A DNA stretch of 64,000 nucleotides from Spirochaetia bacterium. Its GTDB lineage: Bacteria > Spirochaetota > Spirochaetia > SZUA-6 > Bin103. Positions 39,525 to 50,080 of the stretch are shown here, piece after piece. Positions within the stretch are counted from its first letter, which is position 1. Each line of letters opens with the position of its first letter. Position numbers and translations under genes: made by a program. Below the pieces are notes generated by a model that saw only the letters and a program-made list of their open reading frames with translations, made no database searches and had not been told where the DNA came from. The DNA lies in assembly GCA_965203905.1 (NCBI GenBank), contig CBDBDQ010000005.1:3392001-3456000 (forward strand), written 5' to 3'.

Positions 39525-40471
39525 CGGGATTCTCCTTTACTCAACTCCCCGGTGTCGTCCGCCGGCCGGTGTTCCGACCGCACCGCGGGGCGGTCCGGGC
39601 CATGCCGGCGCTGCAGCAGCGCGTCCATCCGCCGCTCGTACGCCTCGTAGTCCAGTATGCGGTACAACTCGCTCCGGCGCTGCAGCTCGGCCAGCAGCGA
39701 CTGCTGCGTGCCCTCCGCCCTGAGCACCCGGTACGCCCGCTGCGCGGCGTGGCTCATGGCCCGGAACGCGGTGAGCGGGTACAACACCATGGACACGCCA
39801 TGCGCGCGCAACTCGGCCCGAGTGAACAGCGGGCTCACCCCGAATTCGGTCATGTTGGCGAGCACCGGCACGCCGACCGCGGCGGCGACGCGCGCATACT
39901 GGCTCAGCTCGCCCGCGGCCTCGAAGAAGATGGCATCGGCCCCCGCCGCCGCGTAGGCGCGGGCGCGCTCCACGGCCCGCTCCAGCCCCTCCACCGCCAG
40001 CGCGTCGGTGCGCGCCATGATCAGCAGGTCACCGCGACCGCGCGCCGCCACCGCCGCCCGGATGCGGTCCACCATCTCGGCACCGCTCACCAGCGCCTTG
40101 CCCAGCCGGTGGCCGCAGCGCTTGGCCGCCACCTGGTCTTCCAGGTGCACCCCGGCGGCACCGGCGTGCATCATCTCCTGCACCGTGCGCCCAATGCCCA
40201 GCCCGTCGCCGAAGCCGGTGTCCACGTCCACGAGGAGCGGCAGATCGGTCGCCGCCGTGATGCGACGGGTTTCCGCAACGACTTCCGAGAGCGTGGTCAT
40301 GGCGAGGTCCGGCAGGCCGAACGACGCGCTCGCCACGCCGCTGCCGGACAGGTAGAGCGCCCGGAATCCGGCGTCCTGCGCCAGCAGCGCGGCGTAGGCG
40401 TTGATCGCGCCGGCGATCTGCAGCGGCCGCTCCCGTTCCAGCGCCGCGAGCAGCCGGTTCGGACCGCTCAT
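39521..40471 (-). CDS. prpB: Methylisocitrate lyase
   Basis: YLSG, VDVDTGFG, LEDQ..AKRCGH, ARTDA, NMTEFG. Confidence 0.95.
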   Translation of the reverse strand: MSGPNRLLAALERERPLQIAGAINAYAALLAQDAGFRALYLSGSGVASASFGLPDLAMTTLSEVVAETRRITAATDLPLLVDVDTGFGDGLGIGRTVQEMMHAGAAGVHLEDQVAAKRCGHRLGKALVSGAEMVDRIRAAVAARGRGDLLIMARTDALAVEGLERAVERARAYAAAGADAIFFEAAGELSQYARVAAAVGVPVLANMTEFGVSPLFTRAELRAHGVSMVLYPLTAFRAMSHAAQRAYRVLRAEGTQQSLLAELQRRSELYRILDYEAYERRMDALLQRRHGPDRPAVRSEHRPADDTGELSKGESR

Positions 40472-41307
40472 CCCATGCCCAGCAACGCCAGCGAATCGCG
40501 CTCCAGCATCGCATCCACGAAGCGCGCCGGGATCTCCGGCAGGCCGGTACGCCGGGCCACGGCGACCGCGTCGCGCAGATATTGCACGCTGTCCTCCACC
40601 GTGCAGAACGGATAGTCGGTGCCGAACAGCACCTTGTCCCCCACGTCGTACTCCACCGCGGTCGCCAGGCTGACGTAGAAGCGCCAGCGACGGAAGCCGA
40701 ACCCGGACATGTCGCCGTACACGTTGCGGTGCTTGCGCATCACCATCACCGCATCGGTGTACCAGGGATGTCCCAGGTGGCAGATCACCATGCGCAGCCT
40801 GGGGTGGCGTTGCGCGACCTGGTCCAGCAACGCCGGCTTGGACCAGCGCAGCGGCGTTTCCGCGTAGAAATTGGTGCTCTGATGCCAGAAGATGGGAATG
40901 TCCAGCCGTTCGGCGGTGCGGTACAGAGGATCGTAGCGGGTGTCGGCGGGATTGAAGTTCTGGTAGGCGCCGCTGAGCTTGAGCGCGCGGAATCCGAGGT
41001 TCTCGACCGCGTGCCGGAGCTGGGCGCAGCACTCGGGATCGTGCGGGTCGACGCTGGCCACGCCGACCAGCTTGGCGGGATGCCGGCTGACGTAGGCGTG
41101 GACGTACTCGTTGGGCACCACCAAACCGACGTGGCGCATCATCATGGCGTAGACCGCGGCGCGATCCACCTGCGTGGCGACCGCCGCCCAGTGTGCCTCC
41201 GGCGGGCAGTCGAGGTCGGCGCGCGCACCGTAGGTCTCCTCGTACTGGCGCTTGGCCGTGGCGCTGAAGTGCCCGTCCTCCCAGATGTGGCTGTGGATGT
41301 CGATCAC
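40468..41307 (-). CDS. Amidohydrolase_2 family protein (start uncertain, ORF open to 41379)
   Basis: IDIHSH, ASVDP, CHLGHP, FGTDYP; stop overlaps the prpB start. Confidence 0.88.
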   Translation of the reverse strand: MIDIHSHIWEDGHFSATAKRQYEETYGARADLDCPPEAHWAAVATQVDRAAVYAMMMRHVGLVVPNEYVHAYVSRHPAKLVGVASVDPHDPECCAQLRHAVENLGFRALKLSGAYQNFNPADTRYDPLYRTAERLDIPIFWHQSTNFYAETPLRWSKPALLDQVAQRHPRLRMVICHLGHPWYTDAVMVMRKHRNVYGDMSGFGFRRWRFYVSLATAVEYDVGDKVLFGTDYPFCTVEDSVQYLRDAVAVARRTGLPEIPARFVDAMLERDSLALLGMG

Positions 41308-41424
41308 CGGCAGCCCGCGGCCGCTACGCTGCCACGATAGCGACGCCACGTCAACGCATACGTACCAACGCAACGACAAGCTCGGGTTGCTGAACCGAGG
41401 AATCGCGTGGCTCGCTCGCGCGCT

Positions 41425-42552
41425 TCAATCGAGCTCGAAGTGGTAGCCGACCACGTATTGCACGAACGGCTCCGACTCGGTCCATTCATGGTGCACCATG
41501 AACAACGATCCGTCCGCCAACTGGATCGTTACCGGGTAGCCGATATGATAGAAGCTCGGCACCGTCGGCGGGGCCACGCCGCCCTCACAGACAACGACTT
41601 CGTTGGCCACATCCCAGCTCAATCCGTCGTCGGACAGGCAGGCTCTCACTCCCCACGGAGACCGTCTGTAGCTGTAGGTGGCGAGCATCCGACCGTCCCG
41701 CAGAAGCAGGAGATTGGCTGGATATCCCCAGATGTTGGTTGCCTCGGGTCGGCTCCACGACTCCCCTTCGCTGGTGGAGACCGCCAGCCACAGGTGCTGA
41801 TGTCGCCAGCGCGGCTGGTGGGCCGTGCGCATGAGGCAGACCAGGTGTCCGTCTCTGGTTCTCGCCATGCCCGGCTCCATGAACGAGACGATCCCCGCCG
41901 GGTCGAAGGCCACCGTCGAGTAGTGTTCCCAATTCTCGCCACGGTCGTCAGATCTGAGCACGTAGGAGCGCATGGGCTCGGCCGCCGACAGCGGCGTCAC
42001 GATCGGCAGGCCGAGCATCCCCTGGCACGCCATCAATAGAATGCCGCTCGGCAGCTCGACCAGGGTTTCCGGAGCGTATCCGATTCTCATCGGCTCCGTA
42101 TTGGCGCGGTATGGGGTGCTCCAGCTACGGCCGTGATCGACAGACTTGATGAGATAGATGCCCTCCCAGTCGCGCAATCCCTTCATGTTCTCCGACTGCC
42201 GCACCGACTGGGGCCCCAGATCCTCGAGGATTCCCCTCTTGCCGACGAACGCGCATATCAGGAAATGGACGTACATCGTGCCGTCGGAGAGGCAAGTTAT
42301 TGCGGGATCGGTAGTTCCGGTGTGATCGGTGCAGCGCCACGGCGTCGTCCTGGTCGCTGGGTCCCAGGTGCCGCCGCCGTCCGTGGAGCGAATGAGACCG
42401 AGACTTCCGAAATCCGAGTGAGTCCTGCCCCGGTCTTCCGTAAACGTTACCAGGAGGTCGCCGTTGCCCGCCTGGGCGACTCCCGCTTCGTACGTATAGC
42501 GCTCCAGATCCTGGTAGATGACCACCCTCTCAACGTTCCTGATTCGACCCAT
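41425..42552 (-). CDS. BNR/Asp-box repeat (sialidase-like) protein
   Basis: Asp boxes [39 protein letters not shown]; GYP motifs. Confidence 0.85.
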   Translation of the reverse strand: MGRIRNVERVVIYQDLERYTYEAGVAQAGNGDLLVTFTEDRGRTHSDFGSLGLIRSTDGGGTWDPATRTTPWRCTDHTGTTDPAITCLSDGTMYVHFLICAFVGKRGILEDLGPQSVRQSENMKGLRDWEGIYLIKSVDHGRSWSTPYRANTEPMRIGYAPETLVELPSGILLMACQGMLGLPIVTPLSAAEPMRSYVLRSDDRGENWEHYSTVAFDPAGIVSFMEPGMARTRDGHLVCLMRTAHQPRWRHQHLWLAVSTSEGESWSRPEATNIWGYPANLLLLRDGRMLATYSYRRSPWGVRACLSDDGLSWDVANEVVVCEGGVAPPTVPSFYHIGYPVTIQLADGSLFMVHHEWTESEPFVQYVVGYHFELD

Positions 42553-42834
42553 TCACGATTCCTCCGGATGGGTGTGCTGCTGCGATCCACCCGTCTCGAC
42601 CGCGTTACGCTAATCCCGCATGCGACACCTGTCAAAGCGACGGCCTCAGGGGACCAGGACATGAGCAACAAGCTTGACGTGCCAGCCCGGTCGTGGTACG
42701 GGATAGGATGCATGATCGGTGCGGGGTTCTCACGCACTGAACCGATGGAGACGAACAGCGTGGCCACAGCGGCTACGTCGCTCGCCACTTGTTCGCCGGT
42801 CGATCTGGAGAGCAGCCGAAGCAAGGAGTCGGTA

Positions 42835-44805
42835 ATGGAAAAACGATGGTTTCCTATCGTGGTGCTACTGGTGGTGGCCGTATTCGCGGTTGTCGCCGGA
42901 GGCGAGCAAGAGGCGCCGGCAGCAGAACAGGCCGCCGCAGCTACCGGGGGCAACGAAGCGCCTTCACTGGCCGCAATGGTGGCGGCTGGGACACTGCCCC
43001 CGTTGAGCGAACGACTTCCGCACAATCCCGCGGTCGCTCGGGTGTCGGAAACAGGCCAGTACGGCGGTACCATGACTCACATGGAGAACCACTACCCTGA
43101 CAACTTCAATCTGGTCGCCAGAATGCTGGGGGCGTGGGGATTGCTCGCTCTGTGGTCCTGGGATGGCACCGAAATCTATCCGAATCTGGCCGAAAGTTGG
43201 GACATCAACGAGGATGCAACCGAGATGACCGTGCATCTGCGCGCGGGCACAAGGTGGTCCGATGGCGATCTCCTGACGGCAGATGATTACCTGTTCTGGT
43301 GGAACGACGTAGTGCTCTATCATCCGGAAGATATTGCGCCCACGGCACTGGCACCTTCACTGTATATACGATCTGGCGAAGTGATGACGATGGAGAAGGT
43401 CGATGACTACACTTTCAAGATTGCGTTCGTCGATCCGAATCCGGTGGTGATGCTGCGCCTGCTGGCCGAGCGGAACCTCCCGATCATGGCACTGCCCGAA
43501 CACTATCTGAAGCCCTTCCATCCGAAATACAATCGTGACGAGTCGATGACGTTGGAGGCGCAGTGGTCCGAGTTCGACACCAAGATGTATCCGCGTCGGG
43601 CCGGTCACTATCCTCCCAAGGCGCTCGAGGACTTCAGTTTTCCGACGCTGGCACCGTGGGTCATCTCCAGCCTGAAGACCGGACAGAAAATCGTCTTCGA
43701 TCGCAACCCGTACTACTGGAAAGTGGATCCCGAAGGCAACCAGCTACCTTACATCGAGCACGTCGAGGCAGTCTATGCGGGAGACAAGGAGCTCGAAATA
43801 CTGAAGACGGTATCCGGTGATATCCATTTCAGCATGTTCCCCCAGGACGATCCCATTTACTTCCAGAAGCAGGACGAAGGCAATTACGATATCATAAAGT
43901 GGGTCGGCTTGGACAATCCCCATAATTGGGCGGAGAACCATACCTTTCCGCACTATCTGAGGATGCAAGGGGCACGCCCCATCGATATCAGGATGGCCGA
44001 GACAGTGCTCGACCCGAAGTTCCTGTTGGCTCTGCAACTGACAATCGACAACCAGCGTTACAACGAAATCTACCTGCCGTTCGCCAACTTCGTTCGCTAC
44101 CGATGGCTCAGTCCCAACCTTCCGTCCAGTCAGTGGCCCGAGCTGGCTCCCTTGAAGGAGAAGATGGAGGCGGAGCTGTTCGTTCACGACGTGGAGCAGG
44201 CGAATCGCCTGCTGGATGAGCTGGGCCTGGCCAGGCGTGCCGATGGCTGGCGCTACCTGGACGACGAACGAGTGACCATCGAGGCGACCGGTATGGCCGG
44301 ATTTCAGTATGAGGAGATTGTTCTCAAGCTGGCCGAGGAATTCGAGCGCGACCTGGGGATCAAGGTGAATACCGTCCTGTTGGAGGCGGGAGCGTTCAAC
44401 GAGAAAATCAATTCCGGAAACTTTCAATTCCGGGCCCATGGCATATCCGCGCCCAGTCCGGCGTTCTTTCCCGAGTACGGAAGAAAGCACTTCTATCCGG
44501 AGTATGAGCGGTGGCGCAACACTGACGGCGCCCAGGGCGTGGAGCCCGAGGACCCGGTGTACCTGCGGCTGCTGGAGTTGGACGATGCCATATTGGTGGA
44601 GCCGGACGACTCCAAGCGGCGAGAGTTGATCATAGAGCGGATCACCTTGACCGCGGAAAACTACCGGGAGGCGCTGTTCGTGTACGGGGTTCCGTACTTC
44701 AAGCACATTCGCTCGCGCGACATCAGGAACCTTGCCGACGAGATTTTTCCGGTGCAGGCTCAGGGCTGGCCATTCGCGTTGCGCATCGAAGAGTGGTCAT
44801 TCTAG
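42835..44805 (+). CDS. ABC substrate-binding protein, family 5 (AgpA-like subgroup)
   Basis: [51 protein letters not shown]; AAGGAG RBS. Confidence 0.92.
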   Translation: MEKRWFPIVVLLVVAVFAVVAGGEQEAPAAEQAAAATGGNEAPSLAAMVAAGTLPPLSERLPHNPAVARVSETGQYGGTMTHMENHYPDNFNLVARMLGAWGLLALWSWDGTEIYPNLAESWDINEDATEMTVHLRAGTRWSDGDLLTADDYLFWWNDVVLYHPEDIAPTALAPSLYIRSGEVMTMEKVDDYTFKIAFVDPNPVVMLRLLAERNLPIMALPEHYLKPFHPKYNRDESMTLEAQWSEFDTKMYPRRAGHYPPKALEDFSFPTLAPWVISSLKTGQKIVFDRNPYYWKVDPEGNQLPYIEHVEAVYAGDKELEILKTVSGDIHFSMFPQDDPIYFQKQDEGNYDIIKWVGLDNPHNWAENHTFPHYLRMQGARPIDIRMAETVLDPKFLLALQLTIDNQRYNEIYLPFANFVRYRWLSPNLPSSQWPELAPLKEKMEAELFVHDVEQANRLLDELGLARRADGWRYLDDERVTIEATGMAGFQYEEIVLKLAEEFERDLGIKVNTVLLEAGAFNEKINSGNFQFRAHGISAPSPAFFPEYGRKHFYPEYERWRNTDGAQGVEPEDPVYLRLLELDDAILVEPDDSKRRELIIERITLTAENYREALFVYGVPYFKHIRSRDIRNLADEIFPVQAQGWPFALRIEEWSF

Positions 44806-44911
44806 CGCCCCGAAAACCGCCGCCTACCGGCGTCGCTTTCGGCCCAGCCCCGCCTACCGTACGGAGTCCTGTCGGAGCTGCCGCTCACGCGCCAATCCGA
44901 CAGACTCCTAG
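44802..44911 (-). repeat. Dispersed ~110-bp hairpin element, copy B (CTAG at both ends)
   Basis: CTAG 44802-44805 and 44908-44911; highly similar to the reverse complement of copy A. Confidence 0.85.
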
Positions 44912-45027
44912 CGGCCCACTAAGGTGGCCGTCAGGCGGGTCACGAACAGATCCCCGTCGCGTACGGAATATGGAACTGTTCCAAACGCGACGGGGGTCTT
45001 GTCTCTCAGAGTTCCGGCTGTGGTATC

Positions 45028-45777
45028 GTGAAGCTGCTTGACTACGGTAGCTCCTACGTCTGCTTCAGCGGACCGGAGAACGCCGTGCGGTTCTGGATAG
45101 AGTCCCGTACCCGGATTGTCGATGAGAACGGCGAGAGGGCGGAAGACTATTATCAGTGCGGCGCCTGCAAGTCCGAGCATACCTGGACTACCAAGAAAAC
45201 CACCCGGTTTCTGTTCAGCGAGGACAATCACGATTTCACACCGGTCTTCGGACCCGATTATTCAGTCATCTTTCGACGCAAGGCCTACTTGAGTGACCGG
45301 TACCGGAAGGTGGTATCGTTGTCCAGCGAGTTCGCCGTCTTTGGGAGCCCTGCTGTGAGGGTGAGGGAAGCGCATGGCACGCATCGGCTCGATACCCCTG
45401 CAGCCGTCCGCGAAGCCACCCACGCTGCGCTCCCGCTCGTAGCCAGGGTCGAGATAGCGAACCAGGAGACCAACCTGAAAGCTGTCATCGAGTGTCCGAT
45501 AAAGACCATCAATATCAATGCGCAGCGGAATCTCTACCAGGTGGACACCGGGCCAGTTGCGTGGCCTGATCTGGCAACACCATCCAGCCGGCTGGCGGAT
45601 ACGATTTCGTTGGCGTTCGTCGCATTCAATTCCTTCTCGGCAGTCGATTTCATCGTGGAGGCGGCGACGCCGCTGGTGGCGGATGGACAGGAGACCGGCA
45701 GGGTGCACCACTACTCGGACATGTTGCGGTTGCCGGCCACGAATAGCATCTACTGCGTTACAGGACCAGCGTCATGA
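45028..45777 (+). CDS. Hypothetical protein with CxxC motif (QCGACKSEH)
   Basis: 249-aa ORF; ATGA overlap with the downstream enolase-family gene. Confidence 0.75.
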   Translation: MKLLDYGSSYVCFSGPENAVRFWIESRTRIVDENGERAEDYYQCGACKSEHTWTTKKTTRFLFSEDNHDFTPVFGPDYSVIFRRKAYLSDRYRKVVSLSSEFAVFGSPAVRVREAHGTHRLDTPAAVREATHAALPLVARVEIANQETNLKAVIECPIKTININAQRNLYQVDTGPVAWPDLATPSSRLADTISLAFVAFNSFSAVDFIVEAATPLVADGQETGRVHHYSDMLRLPATNSIYCVTGPAS

Positions 45778-46937
45778 AGATCACCAAGGTTGAGACGTTC
45801 CCGATCAATATTCGCTACCGGCATCCCGAGGTAAGCTCACTGATCGCGCGGCCGGGCATTACCGACATCATCGTCAAGGTCACTGCCGACAATGGGCTCG
45901 TGGGATGGGGCGAGAGCACCCGCGCAGGCGATGCCGCAGGAATCGAAAGCGCGATCAGGGCGATGACGCCAATGGTCCTGGGAAGGGATCCCTGGGACAA
46001 GGAGGCGATCGCCAACGACGTCCAAGTGAGCGGGCTGTGGTTCCTGCAGCCGATGACGGCCAACTTTGCATTTGCCGGCCTGGACATCGCGTTGTGGGAC
46101 CTGTGCGGCAAGCAATGCGGTCAGCCGCTGTATCGTATGTTTGGCGGTGCAATGCGCGAGGAGGTGAACTACTTCTACTACATGCGGTGGGGTACGGTGG
46201 ACGAGATCGAGACGCAGGCGCGTGACGGTGTGGACCGTGATTACACGGTGTTCTATCTCAAAGCCGGCGTCGACCGGAACCACGAGACGGCGATGCTTGA
46301 GGCCCTGCGGCACACCATCGGGCCTGACCGAAAGATCCGTGTCGACGCCAACATGGCGTGGCGAGTGGCCGAAGCGGCTGACATTCTCGGTGACTGGGAG
46401 CGACGCTTCGGCATCGACTTTGCGGAGGCGCCGGTGGCCATCGATCCCATCGAGAATATGCTGGACCTCAAGGCTCGCACGGCGTGCGCGCTGTGTGCCA
46501 ACGAGGGCCTCTGGCGAGACCATGACGTGGCGCGAATCATCCGCAGCCGGGTAGCCGACTACCTGTGCTACAGCGTGTACTCGGTCGGCTCACTGCGGCG
46601 CTTTCACACCACCTCTCATGCGGCGAACCTGGAGGGGCTGGCGGTGTGCAAGCACACGCACGGCGAATTCGGCATTGCCGCCGCCGTTGGACAGCACCTG
46701 ATGCTTGCCGCTCCCAACGCCTGTGACGGCAATCAGCAGACCGCCCAGTTCATGGCCGACGATATCCTCACGGCATCGATCCCCATCACTGACGGGCCGA
46801 ATTGGGGCCGCTTGGACGGCGCGGGACTCGGCGTCGACGTGGACGAGGACAAAGTGCTGACATACCATGAAGACTATCTGCGTAACGGGATGTTTCAACC
46901 ATACGGCGAGGCGTTCCCCGCCGCGCGCTTGCCCTGA
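45774..46937 (+). CDS. Mandelate racemase/muconate lactonizing enzyme family protein
   Basis: GWGE, ALWDL.GK, LK.G, VDAN, AEAP, ANE, GLG. Confidence 0.9.
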   Translation: MKITKVETFPINIRYRHPEVSSLIARPGITDIIVKVTADNGLVGWGESTRAGDAAGIESAIRAMTPMVLGRDPWDKEAIANDVQVSGLWFLQPMTANFAFAGLDIALWDLCGKQCGQPLYRMFGGAMREEVNYFYYMRWGTVDEIETQARDGVDRDYTVFYLKAGVDRNHETAMLEALRHTIGPDRKIRVDANMAWRVAEAADILGDWERRFGIDFAEAPVAIDPIENMLDLKARTACALCANEGLWRDHDVARIIRSRVADYLCYSVYSVGSLRRFHTTSHAANLEGLAVCKHTHGEFGIAAAVGQHLMLAAPNACDGNQQTAQFMADDILTASIPITDGPNWGRLDGAGLGVDVDEDKVLTYHEDYLRNGMFQPYGEAFPAARLP

Positions 46938-46940
46938 CGC

Positions 46941-47936
46941 TCAGTTCGCCCAGACTTCAGAGAAGAGGCGAAGCCAGTTGCCTCCCAAGAGCCGAGAGAT
47001 ATCAGCGGGCTGGTAGCCGCGTCTGGACAAGGCCTCAGCGAGATGGGGCAGCTTGTCCGGCGTCTCCAACCCGCTCGGGCTATGGGCCAGTGCGGCATAC
47101 CCCGGCGACTCCTGGAAGAATGCCGAAGGCAGCTTGGTACCCTGCTGGGATCCGATGTAGTTCCAGAACGACTGTGGTTGATCTTGTGTGAAGTCAGAGC
47201 CGAATCCTACATGATCGATGCCAATTCGTTGAACGAGATCGTCGATCGCATCCACAAAATCGTCAATTGAAGAGCCTCGACCGGAGGGCAAGAACATGTT
47301 GAATGCGGTCGCCCCTACGACCCCACCACGAGCCGCCAACAGCTGCAAGGCCTGGTCCGGCTTGTTCCGTGGATGGTGGTGGAAGCGTTGCGCATTCGCG
47401 TGTGTGCAAGCAACCGGGTGGGCGGACATCTCAATCGCATCCAGAGTAGTCCTTGGGCCGCAATGGGAGAGATCAATGAGTATCCCCAGACGGTTCATCT
47501 CCTTGACCACATCGACCCCAAAGTTGCTCAGTCCTGCGTCCCTCCGTTCCATGCATCCGTTGCCGACAAGATTGCGCTCGTGAAAGGTAAGCTGCATGAT
47601 GAGCACGCCCAGGGAGTGGAACAATTGGATACGCCTCAGGTCGTTCTCGATCGGGCTCATGTTCTGCCAGCCGAGAATGACACCGACCTTGTCAGTCCTC
47701 TTCGCCTGCAAGATGTCGTCAACTGTTGCAACCTGAATGAACCGTGAACTTCGCTGCTCGAATATGGATTGCCAGCGAACGATGTGATCCAGGGTCTGCT
47801 GGAAGTTCTCCCAGGTCACCAGGGTCGCATTGATGGCGGTGACACCACTGGCAGTCAGACTTTCAAAGACGGCGGGACTGTCCCAGTTGCTCGCGTTGAG
47901 GGCGTCGATTACGATTGCGTCACGATAGATGCTCAA
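46941..47936 (-). CDS. Peptidase M19 (membrane dipeptidase) family protein
   Basis: MQLT..ERN..G.GC.E, IDLSH, THAN, HPRNK.D, GIDHVG.GSDF, LGGNW.R. Confidence 0.9.
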   Translation of the reverse strand: MSIYRDAIVIDALNASNWDSPAVFESLTASGVTAINATLVTWENFQQTLDHIVRWQSIFEQRSSRFIQVATVDDILQAKRTDKVGVILGWQNMSPIENDLRRIQLFHSLGVLIMQLTFHERNLVGNGCMERRDAGLSNFGVDVVKEMNRLGILIDLSHCGPRTTLDAIEMSAHPVACTHANAQRFHHHPRNKPDQALQLLAARGGVVGATAFNMFLPSGRGSSIDDFVDAIDDLVQRIGIDHVGFGSDFTQDQPQSFWNYIGSQQGTKLPSAFFQESPGYAALAHSPSGLETPDKLPHLAEALSRRGYQPADISRLLGGNWLRLFSEVWAN

Positions 47937-47955
47937 TTGCCTGCTCCTGGCGCCA

Positions 47956-49029
47956 TCACAGTAACTTCAAGCGCTTCAAGAAGTTGGCATACTCGACCCC
48001 GGACAGGTCAAGCTCCTCGGCGAAATGACAGGAGACGGAGTGCCCTTCGACTTCGCGCAGCTCTGGCTCCTGGTGGCGGCAGATGTCCTTGGCATAGCGG
48101 CAGCGAGGGTGAAACCGGCATCCGGATGGCGGATTGATGGGCGAGGGTACGCTACCTTCGAGCACGATGGTCTGCGAGACGTACAGTGGATCGGGTTGCG
48201 GCAACGCGGACAACAGCGCTTCGGTATAGGGATGGAGTGGACGCTGAAACAGGTCCTCGGCGGAGGCCAGCTCCACGATCTTTCCGAGATACATGATCGC
48301 CACCGTGGTGCTGATCTGGAAAATCACCGACAGATCGTGGGCGATGAAGATGTAGGTCAGGTGAAATCGATCCTGGAGCTCCTCGAACAGGTTGATCAAC
48401 TGGCCCTGAATCGAGACATCCAGCGCCGACACCGGTTCGTCCGCCAGCACCAGTCGCGGATTGAGGGCAAGAGCGCGCGCCACGCCGATCCGTTGCTTCT
48501 GACCGCCGCTGAACTCGTGGGGATAGCGATTCATGTGCTCCCGCTCCAGGCCCACCGCTTCGAGCAGCTCCGCGATACGATCCTCCAGGGCGCTCTTGGC
48601 AAGCGCCTTGTGAATGACGAACGGCTCCTCGAGGATGCTCTTTATGCTCAAGCGTGGATTGAGCGAAGAGTTGGGATCCTGGAACACGAGCTGGATTTCG
48701 CGGCGAATCAGCTTCAGCTCGTGGTGGCGCAACTCGGCCAGGTCGACCACTCGCTCGCCTTGACCGGCTGCCAGCACCTGGCTTCTGAGCAGCGCGGTGC
48801 CGGAGGTTGGGTCGGTCAGCCGGGTGATCGTCTGTGCCAGCGTCGTCTTGCCGCATCCACTCTCGCCCGCCACCCCCAAGGTCTCGCCCTTCTTGAGCAT
48901 GAAGCTCACCCCGTCGAGCGCCCGGACATCCGCTACCTTGCGGCGCAGGAGGCCGGCCCGTACCGGAAAGTACTTGCGCAGGTCGCGGACTGCGAGCAGC
49001 ACGTGGTCAGGAAGTGGGTCGTGTTCCAT
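47956..49029 (-). CDS. Oligopeptide ABC ATP-binding protein OppF-like
   Basis: GESGCGKTT, FSGGQKQR, DEPVSALD, C-terminal Cys cluster. Confidence 0.93.
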   Translation of the reverse strand: MEHDPLPDHVLLAVRDLRKYFPVRAGLLRRKVADVRALDGVSFMLKKGETLGVAGESGCGKTTLAQTITRLTDPTSGTALLRSQVLAAGQGERVVDLAELRHHELKLIRREIQLVFQDPNSSLNPRLSIKSILEEPFVIHKALAKSALEDRIAELLEAVGLEREHMNRYPHEFSGGQKQRIGVARALALNPRLVLADEPVSALDVSIQGQLINLFEELQDRFHLTYIFIAHDLSVIFQISTTVAIMYLGKIVELASAEDLFQRPLHPYTEALLSALPQPDPLYVSQTIVLEGSVPSPINPPSGCRFHPRCRYAKDICRHQEPELREVEGHSVSCHFAEELDLSGVEYANFLKRLKLL

Positions 49030-49081
49030 CACCTGGTTGGCAGACGGCCTGCCCGTGTGCGGCGGTGGTTGCTCGGCGTGG

Positions 49082-50080
49082 TCATGCATACAGGCAGCAG
49101 CGTGCAAAGTGGCCCCTGTCCACTTCCAACAGAGGTTGAGTCTTGAGACACTTCTCGGCCATGAAGCGTTCGCATCGGGGATGAAACTGGCAGCCAGCGA
49201 TGCTGGTGAAGTCATGGGGTACGTTGCCATCGATCGGCTTCAGCTTGACTCGCTCCCGGCTGACGACGGGAATCGACCTGAGCAACCCTTCGGTGTAGGG
49301 ATGGAGGTGGCGGTAGAAGACCGCCTCAGTGCTGCCGAACTCCACTATCTGACCGCGATACATGGTGGCCACCTCCTCGCACATTGCGGCGATCACGCCC
49401 AGATCGTGAGTTATCATGACCACGGCCATCTGAAACTCGTCTCTGATCTGCCTGATGAGCTTCAATATCTGGGCCTGAGTGGTAACATCCAGCGCCGTGG
49501 TCGGCTCATCGGCAATGAGCAGGCGTGGCCGGCAGGACAGGGCAATTGCGATCATTACTCGCTGTGCCATGCCGCCGCTGAATTCGAACGGGTACTGATC
49601 GATACGCTTTTCGGCCTCCGGTATGCCGACCCGGTGGAACATCTCGATGGCATCCTGGCGGGCCTGGCGGTCGGTAAGTCCGCGGTGCAGCATGGTTACT
49701 TCCATGGTCTGATTGCCGCAGGTGTACACCGGGGACAAAGATGTCATTGGCTCCTGGAAGATCATCGCAATGTCGCCGCCGCGAATACTCCGGTACTCGT
49801 CACTCTGCCAGGGCAACGTGGCCAGATCGATGGTGCTGCCGTCGCTACCCGTATAGCGAATCTCCCCGGTCACATTGCCGATGCGCTGTGCGAGTCCCAT
49901 GATGGAGAGGGCGGTCACGCTCTTGCCACAGCCGGACTCGCCCATGATTCCCAGGGTCGCGTTCTCCCTGATCTCCAGGTCTACTCCGTTGACGGCGCGG
50001 ACGACACCTTCCTCCGTGTGAAACGAGACGCGCAGATCGTGTGTACTGATGATGTTCCGGTGCACCTGCGGCCCCTTCAT
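49082..50080 (-). CDS. Oligopeptide ABC ATP-binding protein OppD-like
   Basis: [28 protein letters not shown]. Confidence 0.93.
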   Translation of the reverse strand: MKGPQVHRNIISTHDLRVSFHTEEGVVRAVNGVDLEIRENATLGIMGESGCGKSVTALSIMGLAQRIGNVTGEIRYTGSDGSTIDLATLPWQSDEYRSIRGGDIAMIFQEPMTSLSPVYTCGNQTMEVTMLHRGLTDRQARQDAIEMFHRVGIPEAEKRIDQYPFEFSGGMAQRVMIAIALSCRPRLLIADEPTTALDVTTQAQILKLIRQIRDEFQMAVVMITHDLGVIAAMCEEVATMYRGQIVEFGSTEAVFYRHLHPYTEGLLRSIPVVSRERVKLKPIDGNVPHDFTSIAGCQFHPRCERFMAEKCLKTQPLLEVDRGHFARCCLYA

